The notes beneath the pieces were generated by a model. That model searched no databases. It was given only the letters and a program-made list of their open reading frames with translations, and was not told where the DNA came from. DNA of 64,000 nucleotides from an uncultured delta proteobacterium (lineage in GTDB: Bacteria; Myxococcota; Myxococcia; Myxococcales; Myxococcaceae), in contig CAVYSY010000024.1 of NCBI GenBank assembly GCA_963771175.1, forward strand, positions 1-64,000. Direction: 5' to 3'. The translations under genes were made by a program, and so were the position numbers. Shown piece by piece: positions 21,867 through 30,303 of the stretch. Within the stretch, counting starts at the first letter, position 1. Each line of letters begins with the position of its first letter.

Positions 21867-22700
21867 TCACGCCTTGCGGCGCGCCATCACTTGCAGGTGC
21901 TGACCCGTTGCCGCGAAGCCCTCGTGCGCCATGCGCTCCTGCAGCGCGAGGATTTCGTCGCGCGCCGCCCACGCGTCGAACTCCGGCCCGCGCGCGGCCT
22001 TCATCGCCTCCAGCAGCTCGAAGAAGAGGACGGGCTTGCCGAAAATCTCCTCCACCTCGGCACCCGCGGCCTTCACCGCCTCGTGCAGCTCCTTGAGGGT
22101 GAAGGCGTGCACCGGCAGCCCGTAGGGGCACTTCGTCCTGCCCGTCAGCAGCGTGGCGAGCGCGTCCGCGGCCTTCACGTACTTGAGCGTCCCCACGAAG
22201 GCCTCGTAGCGGTTGTCCACGCCCATCACCACCGGGCCGCCCGGCACCACCACGCGCACCAGCTCCCGAATCGCGCGCGGGTACTCGTCCAGGCAGTAGG
22301 AGACGGGATCGCCCTCGCAGAACACCAGGTCGAAGGACTCGTCCGCGAAGGGCAGCTCCACCACGTTGCCCACCACGAAGCTCGTGCGCTCCAGCAGGCC
22401 CGCCCGCGTGAAGCCCGCCCGCGCCCGCTCCAGCATGCCCGGAGAGATGTCCAGCACCGTGACGCGGTGTCCTCGCTCGGCGAAGCGTGTGCCGTACTTG
22501 CCTCCCCCACCTCCGGCGTCCAGCACGCGCAAGGAGCGCCCGTCCATGGGCAGCAGCTTCTCCACCGCCGTCCACGTCAGGTGCTCGTAGGCGAGCCAGA
22601 AGAGCTTGAGCGCCACCTGCTGCGGGCTGGCCTGGTCGTACTGCGGGGACACCTCGTCGTAGCGGCTGCTGATGGCGGCTGGGGTGATGACGGCACTCAT
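21867..22700 (-). CDS. class I SAM-dependent methyltransferase
   Basis: VLDAGGGGG motif I, LDISPGML, LPFADESFDLV, VPGG. Confidence 0.9.
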   Translation of the reverse strand: MSAVITPAAISSRYDEVSPQYDQASPQQVALKLFWLAYEHLTWTAVEKLLPMDGRSLRVLDAGGGGGKYGTRFAERGHRVTVLDISPGMLERARAGFTRAGLLERTSFVVGNVVELPFADESFDLVFCEGDPVSYCLDEYPRAIRELVRVVVPGGPVVMGVDNRYEAFVGTLKYVKAADALATLLTGRTKCPYGLPVHAFTLKELHEAVKAAGAEVEEIFGKPVLFFELLEAMKAARGPEFDAWAARDEILALQERMAHEGFAATGQHLQVMARRKA

Positions 22701-22720
22701 GGGCGGGGCTCCAGAGGGGC

Positions 22721-24817
22721 TCAATAGTTGAAGGAAACCTTGGTCAGCAGCCGGCGCTCCTGCGCGCCGTTGAAGGGCTGGTCCGAGTAGACGACGAAGA
22801 TGTCGCTCCACTGCCGGTAGTGCCAGCCGACCACCGCGTCGAGCAGGGTGCCTTTCACGTTGCTGTAGTCGGCCAGATCCGTCACTGCGCCATGTTGGAA
22901 GGTGAGGCGCGCGTAGAGGTCCGGAGTGAAGTGGTAGCGCAGCTGCGCGTAGCCGGACAGCGAGTAGCCGTCGCCCGCGGTGCCGTACAGCGGGCTGTGC
23001 TCGGGCACGCCCTTGCTGCGAGTGTAGAAGCCGCTGAGGCGGGCCACGAAGCGCGGGCCAATCTTCAGGTTGAGCGCGCCGTTGAGGCCCTGGATTTCTC
23101 CGCCGAGGAACCTGCCGCCCAGCGCCGTGAGCGTGAAGCTCTGCCAGTCGTGCGGGAAGAGGGTGAAACCCACGGTGGCCACGCGATTCTTGAAGCCCTC
23201 GTTGTCGTCGTAGATGCCGTCCAGGTAGAGGGCGAAGTCGTGGTGCAGGTAGGGCTGGAGGTTGACCCGCTGGCGGTAGCGCGTGCGCTCGTGCGCGTGG
23301 TTGCGCCGCCACAGCGAGTCCCACGTCGCGTCCAGCCGCGGCAGGAAGCGCCACTTGGGGAAGGGGTTGAGGTAGAGGTGCGTGTTCCAGCCCTGCTTGT
23401 CCGTCACCGGCGTGAAGCCCAGCGGGTTGGCGTAGTTCTTCCCGATGTCCTCGAGCTGAATCCAGAACTCGGAGAGCGTGTCGAAGCGGTGGATGCCCAG
23501 GTGGAAGGCCTCGGAGCCGGAGTTGCCCAGCGGACTCCAGCTCTTGGCGGCCTGGGCCTGGATGAACACCTCCTCGAAGAGGTGGATGTTGGCGTCGAGC
23601 CCCACGACGCTGAAGCGCGCGTCGCCCTCGCGGTTGAGGCCGGTGACGCTCAGGGCCGAGCGGTTGCCCAAATCCTGCTGGAGACGCACGACGCCCGAGT
23701 TGACGTCCTCGTAGGTGCCGTCGCCCCGGTCATCGCGGTGCTGCACGTCCAGCAGCGCGAAGCCCAGCCCGCCCTTCTTGCCGGTGAGCTGCACGCCGCC
23801 CCACACCCTGTCATGGGGACGCAGCGCGATGCGGCGCGAGGTGAACATCTTGATGGGCGTGATGAAGAGCTGCTCGCTCTCCACGAAGAAGGGACGGCGC
23901 TCGGGCAGCAGCGGCGCCTCCTGGTCCAGCAGCAGCCGGTCCTGGTCCGCGTCCGCGTCCGCGAAGTCCGGGTTGGCCGTCAGCTTCAGCGCCAGCCACG
24001 ACGTGGGGTCGATGCGCGCGTCCGCGCCCACGTTGGGCCGGAAGAAGCCGCGACCGTCGCTCGACTTGAGCGCGAGCTGCGTGGAGACGTACGGCGTGAC
24101 GCTCCACGTGGCACGCGGGCGGATGCCCTTGAGGCCCGTGAGGTGCGGGTAGCGCGACACCTTCGCCGAGTTCACCCCGTCCGGCGTCCAGTTGCTCCAC
24201 TCCTGGGTGCGGTACTGCTCCCGGTCCAGGAGCATGCCGAACGTCATCTCCTCCTGCTCCGCGAACTGGAAGTTGGCGAAGGGGATGCGGATTTCGGAAA
24301 TCCACCCGTCCTCGACGATCGTGGCCTTCGTCTCCCACTCGCCCTTCCAGTTGGTGGAGAAGGCCTCGCCGTCATCGACAATCCGCCCGTCGGTGCGCAC
24401 GCCCAGCGGGTTCGTCCAGAAGTAGTAGGCGTTGCGGTGGTCCAGGAAGGTGTCGAGGATGACGGTGATGTTGTCCTCCTGGTGGAGGAAGCCCTCGTTC
24501 TGGACGGTGTAGGCCGTCACCCGATCCGGGTTCGAGTCGATGCAGTGGAAGGCGAAGTAGAGGTTGTCCTTGTCGTAGAGGATGCGGACCTTCGTGTCGT
24601 CCTTGACGGGCCGGCCGTAGTCGACGCGCGTGAGGTACCAACCGGAGATTTCTGGCGCCGCCTGCCAGGCGGGGTCGTCCAGCTTGCCGTCGATGGTGAT
24701 GGGCTGGTCCGTGTAGGTAGCCTTCACCTGATAGGTGGATTCGGCGTGCGCCAGCACCGGCAGCAGCGCGGCGAGCAGCGCGGCGCCCCAGCGACAGGCG
24801 GGAGGAGAGGGATTCAT
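22721..24817 (-). CDS. DUF5916-type outer-membrane protein with an N-terminal CBM9-like domain
   Basis: Signal peptide, PITIDGKLDDPAW, LDTFLDHRNAYYF, LTANPDFA, LPERRPFFVE. Ends in aromatic residues (SFNY). Confidence 0.8.
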   Translation of the reverse strand: MNPSPPACRWGAALLAALLPVLAHAESTYQVKATYTDQPITIDGKLDDPAWQAAPEISGWYLTRVDYGRPVKDDTKVRILYDKDNLYFAFHCIDSNPDRVTAYTVQNEGFLHQEDNITVILDTFLDHRNAYYFWTNPLGVRTDGRIVDDGEAFSTNWKGEWETKATIVEDGWISEIRIPFANFQFAEQEEMTFGMLLDREQYRTQEWSNWTPDGVNSAKVSRYPHLTGLKGIRPRATWSVTPYVSTQLALKSSDGRGFFRPNVGADARIDPTSWLALKLTANPDFADADADQDRLLLDQEAPLLPERRPFFVESEQLFITPIKMFTSRRIALRPHDRVWGGVQLTGKKGGLGFALLDVQHRDDRGDGTYEDVNSGVVRLQQDLGNRSALSVTGLNREGDARFSVVGLDANIHLFEEVFIQAQAAKSWSPLGNSGSEAFHLGIHRFDTLSEFWIQLEDIGKNYANPLGFTPVTDKQGWNTHLYLNPFPKWRFLPRLDATWDSLWRRNHAHERTRYRQRVNLQPYLHHDFALYLDGIYDDNEGFKNRVATVGFTLFPHDWQSFTLTALGGRFLGGEIQGLNGALNLKIGPRFVARLSGFYTRSKGVPEHSPLYGTAGDGYSLSGYAQLRYHFTPDLYARLTFQHGAVTDLADYSNVKGTLLDAVVGWHYRQWSDIFVVYSDQPFNGAQERRLLTKVSFNY

Positions 24818-26103
24818 CCTTGCTCCGGGGTGGGTTGCAGGAGGGAAGCAGCGGCGGAGGGCTCCCGCACCCGCGCCATGCCGGCGAGGGCCGCGAGGAA
24901 CGCTCCGGACGACAGGAAGAAGGCGGCTCGCAGCGAGAGGTGCTGCGCCAGGAAGCCGTAGGTGACGGGCGCCACCATCTGCGCCAGCGAGGCGCACGCG
25001 GCGAGCGCCCCCATGAAGCGGCCGCGCTCCTCGCGCGGGCACACCTCGGCGAAGAGCGCCGGCAGCGAGGGCCGGAAGAGGCCGTCCGGCACCGCGAGCA
25101 GCGCCCACGTCAGCGCCAGGGCCGCCAGGGCATAGGGCGCCGGCAGCCCGCCCACCGCGCCCATGGACAGGCTGAGCACCACCAGGCCCACCAGCCCCGC
25201 GGTGATGAGGCCGCCGCGCCGCGAGAGGCCGTCCGACAGGCGCCCGCCCACCGGCTGCACGAAGGCGAAGACGAGCCACGAGGTGGCGATGAGTGGCCCC
25301 ACCCACTCCTGCGGCGCGCCCAGGCGCGTGGCGTAGAGGGGCACGTAGATCGGGTAGAGGTTGAGCGCGAAGCTGAAGAAGAACTGGAAGACGAAGAGGC
25401 CGCTCAGCGCGGGGAAGCGGCGCATGTACTCGAGGGGCGCTACCAGCCCGCGCACGGCGAGCCGCAGCGCCTCGGCGGCCCGGGGCTGACCCTCGGTGCG
25501 CGGCGGGGCCTCGGTCTCGCGGAGGCCAAAGAGCACGAGGCTCCCCCCGAGGAAGAGCGCGCCGGCGAGGAAGAAGACGCGCTCCACCGACAGCCAGCGC
25601 ACCGCCGCGGACGAGGCCACCAGCGCGGCCACGAAGGTGAGGTTGCTGGCGCTGTCCAGCAGCGCGAAGACGGTGGCCCGCTGTCTGGGTGGCGCGAAGT
25701 CGGCCACCATGGCGCTGGAGACGGGCGAGGCGCTGCGCACCATCAGCAGCTTCAGCGACAGCACCGCCGCCAGCGCCACCGCGTTGGCCGTCAGCCCCAG
25801 CATCGGCACCAGCAGCGAGGTGCCCAGTGACAGCCCCACCACGAAGCGCTTGCGCCCGAAGCGGTCCGAGAGCGCCCCCAGCACCGGCTGCGCGAAGATC
25901 GGCAGCACCGACGCCAGCGTGAAGACGACACCGATGCCCTGCAAGTCCAGCCCACGCGAGCTGAGGAACACCGGCAGCACCGGGTTGAGCAGCCCCGAGG
26001 CGAGCGTGCCCAGCAGCCCGGAGAACAGCAGCACCCGCAGGTTGCCCAGGCCCCGCGTCAGCTCATACATCTCGCGCAGCGCGCGTGCGCCCCGGGCAAT
26101 CAT
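24814..26103 (-). CDS. MFS transporter
   Basis: About 12 hydrophobic segments and GALSDRFGRK (motif A). ATGA overlaps with both neighbours. Confidence 0.9.
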   Translation of the reverse strand: MIARGARALREMYELTRGLGNLRVLLFSGLLGTLASGLLNPVLPVFLSSRGLDLQGIGVVFTLASVLPIFAQPVLGALSDRFGRKRFVVGLSLGTSLLVPMLGLTANAVALAAVLSLKLLMVRSASPVSSAMVADFAPPRQRATVFALLDSASNLTFVAALVASSAAVRWLSVERVFFLAGALFLGGSLVLFGLRETEAPPRTEGQPRAAEALRLAVRGLVAPLEYMRRFPALSGLFVFQFFFSFALNLYPIYVPLYATRLGAPQEWVGPLIATSWLVFAFVQPVGGRLSDGLSRRGGLITAGLVGLVVLSLSMGAVGGLPAPYALAALALTWALLAVPDGLFRPSLPALFAEVCPREERGRFMGALAACASLAQMVAPVTYGFLAQHLSLRAAFFLSSGAFLAALAGMARVREPSAAASLLQPTPEQG

Positions 26104-26711
26104 GACGCGCGCCCCTCGGACGCTCCGGTCTTCGGGCCCACTCCGAGGATGCGCTCCACCGCCGCGACGAGGTCTGGCACCGGCCGCACCTCCAAGGCCG
26201 TGAGCGGCTCGGCCGTGAAGCCGCTGCCCTCGGGAACCCACATGGGCACGCGCCCCGCGCCCGGGTGCACCTGGCGCACGTAGGCGTCGGCCACCTCCAG
26301 CTTGCCCTGGAGGTACTCACGCGGCGCGGGCACCAGCGCCTGCTGCCCGTCCAGCACCACGCCGGTGGCGAGGAAGGGCGAGGGCAGTGCGCGGCCCGAC
26401 AGCAGCGCCACCCATGCGATGAAGATCGGCAGCGACGCGCTGCGCCCGTCCAGCGTCAGGCCGCGCCCCTTGGGTGACACGAAGAAGTCCGTCTCGTCCC
26501 AGGGCAGCGCATAGCGCGCGCGGCCGAGCGCCCCGAGGTGCTGCACGTGGCGCTGCCAGGCCGGCGCGTAGCCATTGTCTCGCGAGAGGTCCACCCAGGC
26601 TCGACCGGTTCCGGGGCGCACCGCCACTTCCACGGCCACGGGCCGGAACACGGAGCGGCCGCCGAGGTCCGCGTGGGTGAAGAGCAGCAGGGGTGCTGTC
26701 GTCGGAGACAT
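26100..26711 (-). CDS. stand-alone Lon-like (S16) protease domain protein
   Basis: DGRSAS (cf. Lon DGPSAG), ATG 25 residues after the Ser (cf. Lon MTG) and a Lys 46 residues after it (QGKLEVA). RPGTG near the N-terminus. Confidence 0.6.
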   Translation of the reverse strand: MSPTTAPLLLFTHADLGGRSVFRPVAVEVAVRPGTGRAWVDLSRDNGYAPAWQRHVQHLGALGRARYALPWDETDFFVSPKGRGLTLDGRSASLPIFIAWVALLSGRALPSPFLATGVVLDGQQALVPAPREYLQGKLEVADAYVRQVHPGAGRVPMWVPEGSGFTAEPLTALEVRPVPDLVAAVERILGVGPKTGASEGRAS

Positions 26712-26740
26712 GGCTCGGGGCGCGGGGAGGGACGGGGGAG

Positions 26741-26780
26741 GAAAAACAACGGGCGAGGAGGGGCATGCCCCTCCCCGCCC
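26741..26780 (-). terminator. intrinsic terminator/attenuator hairpin right after the RiPP precursor gene
   Basis: Minus strand GGGCGGGGAGGGG-CATG-CCCCTCCTCGCCC followed by GTTGTTTTT. Confidence 0.7.
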
Positions 26781-26789
26781 AGACAGCAA

Positions 26790-26882
26790 CTAGGCCGCGA
26801 TGATGACGGTGCCCATGCCGTTGCTGCAGGTGCACTTGTCGGAGGTGGCGGAAACGCGGACGATCTGGGCCTTGACGTACAT
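26790..26882 (-). CDS. putative RiPP precursor peptide, 30 aa: MYVKAQIVRVSATSDKCTCSNGMGTVIIAA
   Basis: ATG preceded by AGAGG, GC-rich third codon positions, a CxC motif and a downstream hairpin. Lies between the RRE and protease genes. Confidence 0.75.
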   Translation of the reverse strand: MYVKAQIVRVSATSDKCTCSNGMGTVIIAA

Positions 26883-26948
26883 GGTGGACCTCTGTGTTTG
26901 GGGTTGAGTCCGCCGCCTTGAGACAGACTGTCTCCCGGCGACGGTGTT

Positions 26949-26972
26949 TGTATGTGCCAAATGGCACACACA
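26949..26972. promoter_or_regulatory. palindromic operator-like site upstream of the precursor
   Basis: TGTGCCA-AA-TGGCACA perfect core at 26953-26968, extendable with one mismatch. Confidence 0.45.
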
Positions 26973-27056
26973 TCTGGGGAGCCTCCAGGCACGGCACGGC
27001 CATGGGCGGCGCACGCGCCCGGAGGACTCACAATTCCTTTCAGTGCTGCTCGCGAC

Positions 27057-27338
27057 CTACTTCGCGGGGGGCTCGCAGAGACCGAGGTCCTGGAACGTGC
27101 GCACCGTCACCAGCACGTCCTCTCGGATTTCGGCCTCCTGGCCGGAGACATCGAGGCGGGCCACGATGGACTGCACGGCGCCCTCGAGCGTCGTCCCGCT
27201 CTGGCAGAGGGAGAAGATGCTCGCGGCGGTGGCGTTGATGTTGAAGACCTCGCCCGCCTCCGTGTCCAGGAGGAACCAGGCATCCTCTTGCTGCTGTACA
27301 ATGACGCCCGGCACGGGCCGGGGAAGCAACTCAGCCAT
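27057..27338 (-). CDS. stand-alone PqqD-family RiPP recognition element (RRE)
   Basis: 93 aa: LLDTEAGEVFNINATAASIFSLC...IVARLDV...IREDVLVTVRTFQDLGL. GAGGAGG RBS. Confidence 0.85.
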   Translation of the reverse strand: MAELLPRPVPGVIVQQQEDAWFLLDTEAGEVFNINATAASIFSLCQSGTTLEGAVQSIVARLDVSGQEAEIREDVLVTVRTFQDLGLCEPPAK

Positions 27339-27350
27339 CCACGCCTCCTC

Positions 27351-27380
27351 AATGGCAAACGCCCAAATGGCAAACGCCCA
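27351..27380. repeat. perfect 15-bp tandem repeat (AATGGCAAACGCCCA x2)
   Basis: Read directly. It lies just upstream of the RRE ribosome-binding site. Confidence 0.85.
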
Positions 27381-27911
27381 CCATCCACCGTCTGGGCGCC
27401 TCGCGGGGAAACCGCGTTCCCTCAGCTCATGTTCAAGACTTGTAACCCAACTCATGTCGAGAGTTGAAGGACGCCAGACGTTCCGTGAAACACTGACAAG
27501 AAACACTACCACGCACGTCCCAGTGCCCTTCACGAGGGAAGACCCGAACACACGGAGCCGGGGACGCGTCTCCGAGGCAGGGCGGCTCCGGGGGGACGTG
27601 TCTGGTTTTATCGGGGAGGCCTACTGCGGTCGGACGGCGGGGGGCCGCGGGCGCCGCAAGAGGGTCGGGAGGGCCGCTGATGGGAGCCCCCGAGCCGTGC
27701 GCCGGGCCGGTGCAGAGACGGTGCAACCCCCTGGGGGTACACGCCTCCCTTGCCAACCGGTCTCCACTTCCTTAACTTCTGGGGAAGGTGCCGAGGGGCG
27801 CCTACCCGAAAAGACGATGTCACCCTCGCCTCGCCCCGCGGTTCGACATGTTCTCGATGAGTTCCTTCCACGGCCCATGAACGGGTGAGGGCCGCCAACG
27901 AGGGATTTGTC

Positions 27912-28478
27912 ATGGGAACCGACTCCCGCGCTGCGACTCCCCACAGCCTCCGCGAGTGCAAGGTCCGAGCATCCATCCTGCTCAAGGAGCTGTTGTCCTC
28001 CGAGCCGTCACGCGCCACGAGGGCCGCTGAGCGGATGTGCGCACTCCCCGCCTTCGCGCGCCTGTCTCCCGGCGAGCTGCTCGCACGCAAGGAGTCGGTG
28101 CGCCGCAAGCACGCGCTGGCCGTCATCGCCCAGGAGCAGGGCCATGCCTCCTGGGCGGAGCTCAAGCAGGCGCTGGGCGAGGAGGCGCCGTCCCAGCTCG
28201 ACACGGAGGCCTTCTTCGCCAGGAATCGGGGCGCCTTCCTCAACCGCTGGTTCTCCTCCTATGAGGAAGCGCTCGCCTCGCTCCGGGTGGTGGGGGGCTA
28301 CCTCTTCCCCTTCCGCGAGCAGTTCTTCATCACCGATGCCGGATTCCTCGCCGCGCTCGGGGTGGACCCCTCCGATTCCGACTGGGCGCGGATGGGATTC
28401 AACTGGGTGGAGCCGCTCGACCCGGCCGCCCGTGCACGGCTCGAGCAGAAGCTCATCGCGCTCGGCTACGCGAGCTGA
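27912..28478 (+). CDS. hypothetical protein
   Basis: Coding-like codon usage, with KHALAVIAQEQGHASWAELK and LNRWF motifs. No function recognised. Confidence 0.7.
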   Translation: MGTDSRAATPHSLRECKVRASILLKELLSSEPSRATRAAERMCALPAFARLSPGELLARKESVRRKHALAVIAQEQGHASWAELKQALGEEAPSQLDTEAFFARNRGAFLNRWFSSYEEALASLRVVGGYLFPFREQFFITDAGFLAALGVDPSDSDWARMGFNWVEPLDPAARARLEQKLIALGYAS

Positions 28479-28522
28479 CGCGCTCGTCATTCCTTCACGA
28501 TTCAGACCCGGAGAAGACGCTC

Positions 28523-28918
28523 ATGTCCTCGAATGACTCTGGAGCACCGCGTGGCAGCCGGACGCACCGCGCGGAGTTGAAACAAGCCTACAAGGAGAAG
28601 CCTCCCCCGATGGGGGTGTTCGCCGTCCGCAACCGCGCCAATGGCAAGGTGCTGCTGGGCATGAGCCTCAACGTCCCGGGAATGCTCAATCGCATCCGTT
28701 TCGAGCTGTCCACCGGCATCCACCGCACCTACCCCGCGCTGCAGGAGGACTGGAACCGCCACGGCGCCGACAGCTTCTCCTTCGAGGTTCTCGACGTCCT
28801 GTCCCCCACGGAGGAGCCCCGCACGGACCCGAAGGAGGAGCTGCGGGTGTTGGAGTCCCTCTGGCTCGAGCGGCTCCGCCCCTATGGAGAGGCCGGATAC
28901 AACGCCTTGCCGTCGTGA
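28523..28918 (+). CDS. small GIY-YIG nuclease-family protein
   Basis: MGVFAVRNRANGKVLLG, LQEDWNRHG, FSFEVLD and terminal GYN. Confidence 0.75.
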   Translation: MSSNDSGAPRGSRTHRAELKQAYKEKPPPMGVFAVRNRANGKVLLGMSLNVPGMLNRIRFELSTGIHRTYPALQEDWNRHGADSFSFEVLDVLSPTEEPRTDPKEELRVLESLWLERLRPYGEAGYNALPS

Positions 28919-28923
28919 GCGCG

Positions 28924-30303
28924 TCAGGCGCCTGCGCCGGGCTGCCGCTCGCCCCGGACGAGCACGTTGAACTTCATGCTCGGCCCGGGCGTCGGGGTCG
29001 TCTTGGTCTCGAGCACGTAGTCCGGCGGATCGAGCGCGAGGTCCAGCTTGTGGAAGAGCCGCGCCATGGTGAGCGACATCTGCACCTCGGCCAGGCTCTT
29101 GCCCAGGCACGTGTGCGGGCCTCGCCCGTAAGGGGAGTAGACGCCGGGCTTCAGGTGCTCGGCGCGCGGCCGCGCGTAGCGGTCGATGTCGAACTTCCCC
29201 GGGTTCGGGAAGTACTCCTCCATGAAGTGCGGCACGGAGGTCGCCGCGAACAGCAGCTCGCCTTCGCGGATTCGATGCCCGCAGAACTCGAAGTCGCGCG
29301 TGGCGGTGCGCATCTGGGCGACGGCGATGGGATAGAGCCGCATCGTCTCCATGACCGCCCCGTCGATTGACGGAATCTTCTTGAGATCCTCCTCGGTGAT
29401 CGAGCCCTGGGCGAAGAGCGCGTCGGCCTCGCGCTTCACGCGCTCGAGCACCTCGGGGTGCTTGAGCACGGAGTACACGAAGGCCGAGACCGTATTGGCC
29501 ACCGTGTCGAGCCCGGCGACGAACGGCCCGGTGAGGTTGAGGATCAGATCGCTGCCCGGGATCAGCTCGGGGTCGTGCTTGTTCGCCTCCATGATGTCGT
29601 CGACGAGGTTGCGCTTCGCCGGCTCGCGCGTGCCCGCGGCGACGCTCGCCTCGTAATCGGCGATCATCTTGCGCCCGAGCTCCTCGACGCGTGCCTTGGC
29701 CCGCTGGTAGCGCGGGTCCTTGAGCAGGAACCGCGGCCGCTGGCGCGTGACCAGGACGTTCAGGATGTAGAGGATCGTCGTGCGGATGTCCTTGACGTAC
29801 TCGCGCGGCGACTGACCCACGATCATGGCGCCGAGCTGCTCGGTGACGATGTACTGCATCGCCTGCAGCACCGGCACCTTCCCACCGACGCGCCAGTCTC
29901 GGGCGAGCACCTGGTCGGTGATGGCGATGAGCTCGTCGTAGCGGCCCTTGATCGAGTCCTTCGAGTAGCCGTGGCGCATGACGGTGCGCAGCTTGTTGTG
30001 CAGCTCTCCGTCCACGCCGGTCAGCGTCTTGCTCGCGCCGTACTCGTTGACCAGGCCCTCCCAGAACTCCTTCGAGCGCAGGCTCTCGCGGCCCTCGCGC
30101 GTGCCCATGAAGTTCGCGGCCTCGACGCCAGCGATCACGGCATAGGTGGTGCCCAGCAGGTTGACGCGGAACACCGGCCCATACTCGCGATAGCAGCGGA
30201 CGAAGAACCTGGCTGGATCCTTCGCCATCTCCAGGGTGTTGCCGATCAGCGGGATGCCGCGGACGGGGCGCGGCTCTTTCAGGACGGGGGCGGTGGTTTC
30301 CAT
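28924..30303 (-). CDS. cytochrome P450
   Basis: AGLDT (I-helix), ETMR (ExxR) and the heme motif PYGRGPHTCLG. Confidence 0.93.
   Translation of the reverse strand: METTAPVLKEPRPVRGIPLIGNTLEMAKDPARFFVRCYREYGPVFRVNLLGTTYAVIAGVEAANFMGTREGRESLRSKEFWEGLVNEYGASKTLTGVDGELHNKLRTVMRHGYSKDSIKGRYDELIAITDQVLARDWRVGGKVPVLQAMQYIVTEQLGAMIVGQSPREYVKDIRTTILYILNVLVTRQRPRFLLKDPRYQRAKARVEELGRKMIADYEASVAAGTREPAKRNLVDDIMEANKHDPELIPGSDLILNLTGPFVAGLDTVANTVSAFVYSVLKHPEVLERVKREADALFAQGSITEEDLKKIPSIDGAVMETMRLYPIAVAQMRTATRDFEFCGHRIREGELLFAATSVPHFMEEYFPNPGKFDIDRYARPRAEHLKPGVYSPYGRGPHTCLGKSLAEVQMSLTMARLFHKLDLALDPPDYVLETKTTPTPGPSMKFNVLVRGERQPGAGA

Noticed and set aside
27351..27470. Short repeats as a CRISPR array
   Set aside because: Only two adjacent units, with no spacers and no cas genes. 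No CRISPR array was seen anywhere in the window.
28924..30303. P450 as a tailoring enzyme of the RiPP cluster
   Set aside because: It is separated from the operon by two oppositely oriented genes and ~1.6 kb, with no evidence of linkage.
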